A stretch of 10,118 bases of DNA from the NCBI RefSeq assembly GCF_006345805.1, contig NW_021827438.1, positions 1 to 10,118 on the forward strand, in the 5' to 3' direction. The stretch is from Octopus sinensis. Lineage: Eukaryota. Under the pieces are notes generated by a model. The model saw only the letters and a list, made by a program, of their open reading frames with translations, searched no databases and was not told the origin of the DNA. The translations under genes and the position numbers were made by a program. Of the stretch, positions 7,977-10,118 are shown in pieces (the first letter of the stretch is position 1; the number at the start of each line of letters is the position of its first letter).

Positions 7977-8060
<84 letters not shown>
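7968..8060. repeat. (TA)n microsatellite with one TGTG interruption
   Basis: Direct reading. Confidence 0.98.
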
Positions 8061-8063
<3 letters not shown>

Positions 8064-8500
8064 TCACCAGTAACATCACCACCCACACCACAATCAGAAC
8101 ACCCCTGCACACTGTTCAGCTCACTGCCCAAACCACACACCATCATGCACACAACGACTCCCACACACATGCACTAACGTATATACATGTGCACACACCA
8201 TTCAAACAAACACACATTAACTGCTACACACAAACGTTTGAATACACACACACAAACACATGCTATATGCAGCTTCACACACACGTCCATACTCGCACAC
8301 ACACACAAATACACGAAACACCATTCTACACAATGCCCACATTAGGATACTTCTACATATACACACACACACACGCTCCCTTACGCACACTCAGGCCCAC
8401 ATAATTTTAAGCTCCCCCACACATACATTCACACACACTCGTCCCCATTTAAATACGCACATCCACACACCCTTCTTAAATGCACACTCCCCCTTACACA
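8061..8500. repeat. Degenerate CA-rich low-complexity region
   Basis: Many short CACAC/ACACA runs; strong C/A bias on the + strand. Confidence 0.8.
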
Positions 8501-8509
8501 ACCTAGTTC

Positions 8510-8754
8510 AGCAGGGGCAGCGTTATTTGCCCCCTTTATCTCAAACTCTTTCTTCCAGAAATTTCATCATGTTCAACGTTAATTCCTACACATTTTCTCT
8601 CCTTTATTTTCGTTCCCTCTCCATTTCCCCCTCGATCCTTTCTGTCGAAGAGCGAAGGTTCTAAACATCAAAGACTTCCCCATTTTTTCCCGAGCGTCAA
8701 AGGAATACACCTTTTTTGTGCCCTCACCTGTCTTCGTCTTTTGTTTTCTGTAAA
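8510..8754 (+). mobile_element. Terminal (pseudo-LTR-like) fragment of a Penelope-like element
   Basis: Contains a hammerhead-like motif followed by CACCTGTCTTCGTCTTTTGTTTT, which resembles a recalled abundant octopus repeat. The pyrimidine-rich spacer upstream fits a PLE 3' UTR. Confidence 0.5.
8636..8704 (+). ncRNA. Degenerate type I hammerhead-ribozyme-like motif (probably inactive)
   Basis: CTTT-CTGTCGA-A-GAGC[GAAG]GTTC-TAAAC-ATC-AAAG follows the order helix I / core / helix II / GAAAC / NUH / helix I. It carries two core substitutions (A6>U, G12>U). Confidence 0.5.
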
Positions 8755-8778
8755 TGTGTGTGTGTGTGTGTGTGTGTG
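8755..8778. repeat. (TG)n microsatellite
   Basis: Direct reading. Confidence 0.97.
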
Positions 8779-8917
8779 TCCATGTGAGTGTGTGTACTTA
8801 AGGTTGGAATTAAAAAATTTTTCTTGTGAAGAGTATCGACTAGTAACCTTTAACTAAGATCTTAATACATAAGCATTAATATAGATGTTTCATGAATATA
8901 TTTGTGTAGAGTACACA

Positions 8918-8944
8918 CTGGGTCAAAGGCCGGGTGACTGCTAG
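8918..8944 (+). mobile_element. Orphan Helitron-like 3' terminus
   Basis: Imperfect hairpin CTGGGTC-AAA-GGCCGGG, 6-nt spacer, CTAG (8941-8944), then T. It shares GCCGGG...ACTGCTAGT with the Helitron end at 9985-10003. Confidence 0.45.
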
Positions 8945-9094
8945 TATATATTACACACACATACACTTAGTAGACTTAATAATATAGGCTAAGAGAAGAA
9001 TAAGAGAGGGAGGAAATGGAGGAAGCAGAGGCATTGAAATAAACACTGGGTCTACATTGAGGGAAAATAAGTTGAAAAACAGCATCAGAAGATC

Positions 9095-9400
9095 TGACCT
9101 CTCTGGCTTTGTTTAAATTCAAAAGTGGTCAACCAGACGTGAAGTCTTGTGAAGCCACATACATCAGATCAACTAGAAGACAGATTCACCACAGACTGAG
9201 AAAGCATTCCCTCAAGACCACACCACCCAGGGCTTTATTCCAAGAATGTCAATATTGCCAAGGGAAATATCGCACCAGGATTATAGAAAGAGGCGTAGAT
9301 GCCATCAACCACTGAATAACAGAGATCCACGTCTTTAGAAGCACAGCACAAAGTTTGAAGCTCTGAAGTGAGCTAGACGAATGGAATCATTTACTGCATT
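9095..9400 (+). pseudogene. GIY-YIG endonuclease relic, probably the C-terminus of a Penelope-like element ORF
   Basis: The frame of ORF 9109-9315, read through stops, gives LFKFKS...CEATYIRSTRRQIHHRLRKH...RIIERGVDAINH*ITEIHVFRSTAQSLKL*SELDEWNHL. This parallels the PLE pattern VYKF.C..C.A.YIG.T.R.L..R..EH...IL...L.I.E..I...P.LN. Confidence 0.65.
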
Positions 9401-9608
9401 CAGGAATATTAATCGGTACTTGTCAATAATACACATAAAATTTAAAATTAATGTAAAATATTTCCTTTTTTTAGCTGAAGGCAGAAATTTATTGTAGAGA
9501 TTGCATTAAATTATATGAAGAAAAAAGAGTTTATATTTTTTATATTCCTGTAAAATTGACTTACAAATTAAAATATTTCCTTGAAATACAAAATTCCATC
9601 AGGTATAA

Positions 9609-10002
9609 TCTTTATATATAAAAGTAAGGTTGTGTGTCTGCCTCCTACGATTTAGATTCCTAACTACTCCCACATTTTGCGGTGCAGTTTAACCAAAACC
9701 GGGTATCTTATAGTCGTGATTCATATCGAGCCCTTCTGGGTATTAGCGCGCGTCTACGATGAGTCTACGATTTAAAAAAAATTACCATCTTTTTTTCCAT
9801 TTTAATGCATTTTCTCGCTATTATATAAGGGAAGTAACTCTCTAAAAATGTCTACGATGAGTCAACGATTTTAAAAAAAATTTATCATAATTTTTTTCCC
9901 ATTTTTAATGCATTTTTTTGCTATTTTTTGGCTATAACTCTCTAAAAATGCTTTATAGTTATTTCCCTTACAAACCCAAGCAACGCCGGGCGATACTGCT
10001 AG
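9609..10002 (+). mobile_element. Non-autonomous Helitron, 394 bp
   Basis: 5' end A|TCTTTATATATAAAA. The 3' end has an imperfect hairpin CCCAAGCAACGCCGGG (9975-9990), an 8-nt spacer, then CTAG|T. The element sits between A and T, as is canonical. Confidence 0.85.
9752..9949 (+). repeat. Two tandem ~98-100 bp units inside the Helitron
   Basis: GTCTACGATGAGTC begins at 9752 and 9850. Both units contain TTTTAATGCATTTT and end in TAACTCTCTAAAAAT. Confidence 0.93.
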
Positions 10003-10118
10003 TTAGGTATAATTTTCTTCCTTTAAATTTCCTGACATATATTTATTTCAACCTTTCTATTCTTATAAAAATGCAGGACACATTTTTATAGTTTATATAA
10101 TGGCTTGAGAAAAACATA

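Noticed and set aside
7759-8664. ORFs with YIYI and HTHT repeats (117, 100, 175, 65 and 134 aa)
   Set aside because: These are translations of (TA)n and CA-rich microsatellite sequence.
9558-9590. Minus-strand GTAAGT donor with a possible 15-bp exon
   Set aside because: The sequence is extremely AT-rich, the acceptor is weak and there is no coding signal. An isolated GTAAGT is expected by chance.

Overview
AT-rich eukaryotic non-coding DNA, almost certainly intronic. The SINE and Helitron sequences resemble octopus/cephalopod repeats as I recall them, so the taxon is an inference. The window holds: a ~1.9 kb polypyrimidine minisatellite with ~117-bp units and a dimeric higher-order pattern; relics of four retroelement groups (HERO-like RLE LINE, CR1/L2-group LINE, RTE LINE, Penelope-like GIY-YIG); several SINEs; a non-autonomous Helitron; and many (TA)n/(CA)n tracts. 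One credible coding exon of a host gene lies on the minus strand (5159-5241). Almost all ORFs in the supplied track are low-complexity or TE artefacts. The most interesting signals are: (1) an RTE LINE copy whose 5' part is inverted with the geometry of twin priming; (2) a Helitron with canonical termini that is nevertheless flanked by a 10-bp target-site-duplication-like repeat; (3) a degenerate hammerhead-ribozyme-like motif of the Penelope type. I found no intact novel multi-gene system. All protein-family assignments come from manual translation and remembered motifs, not database searches.
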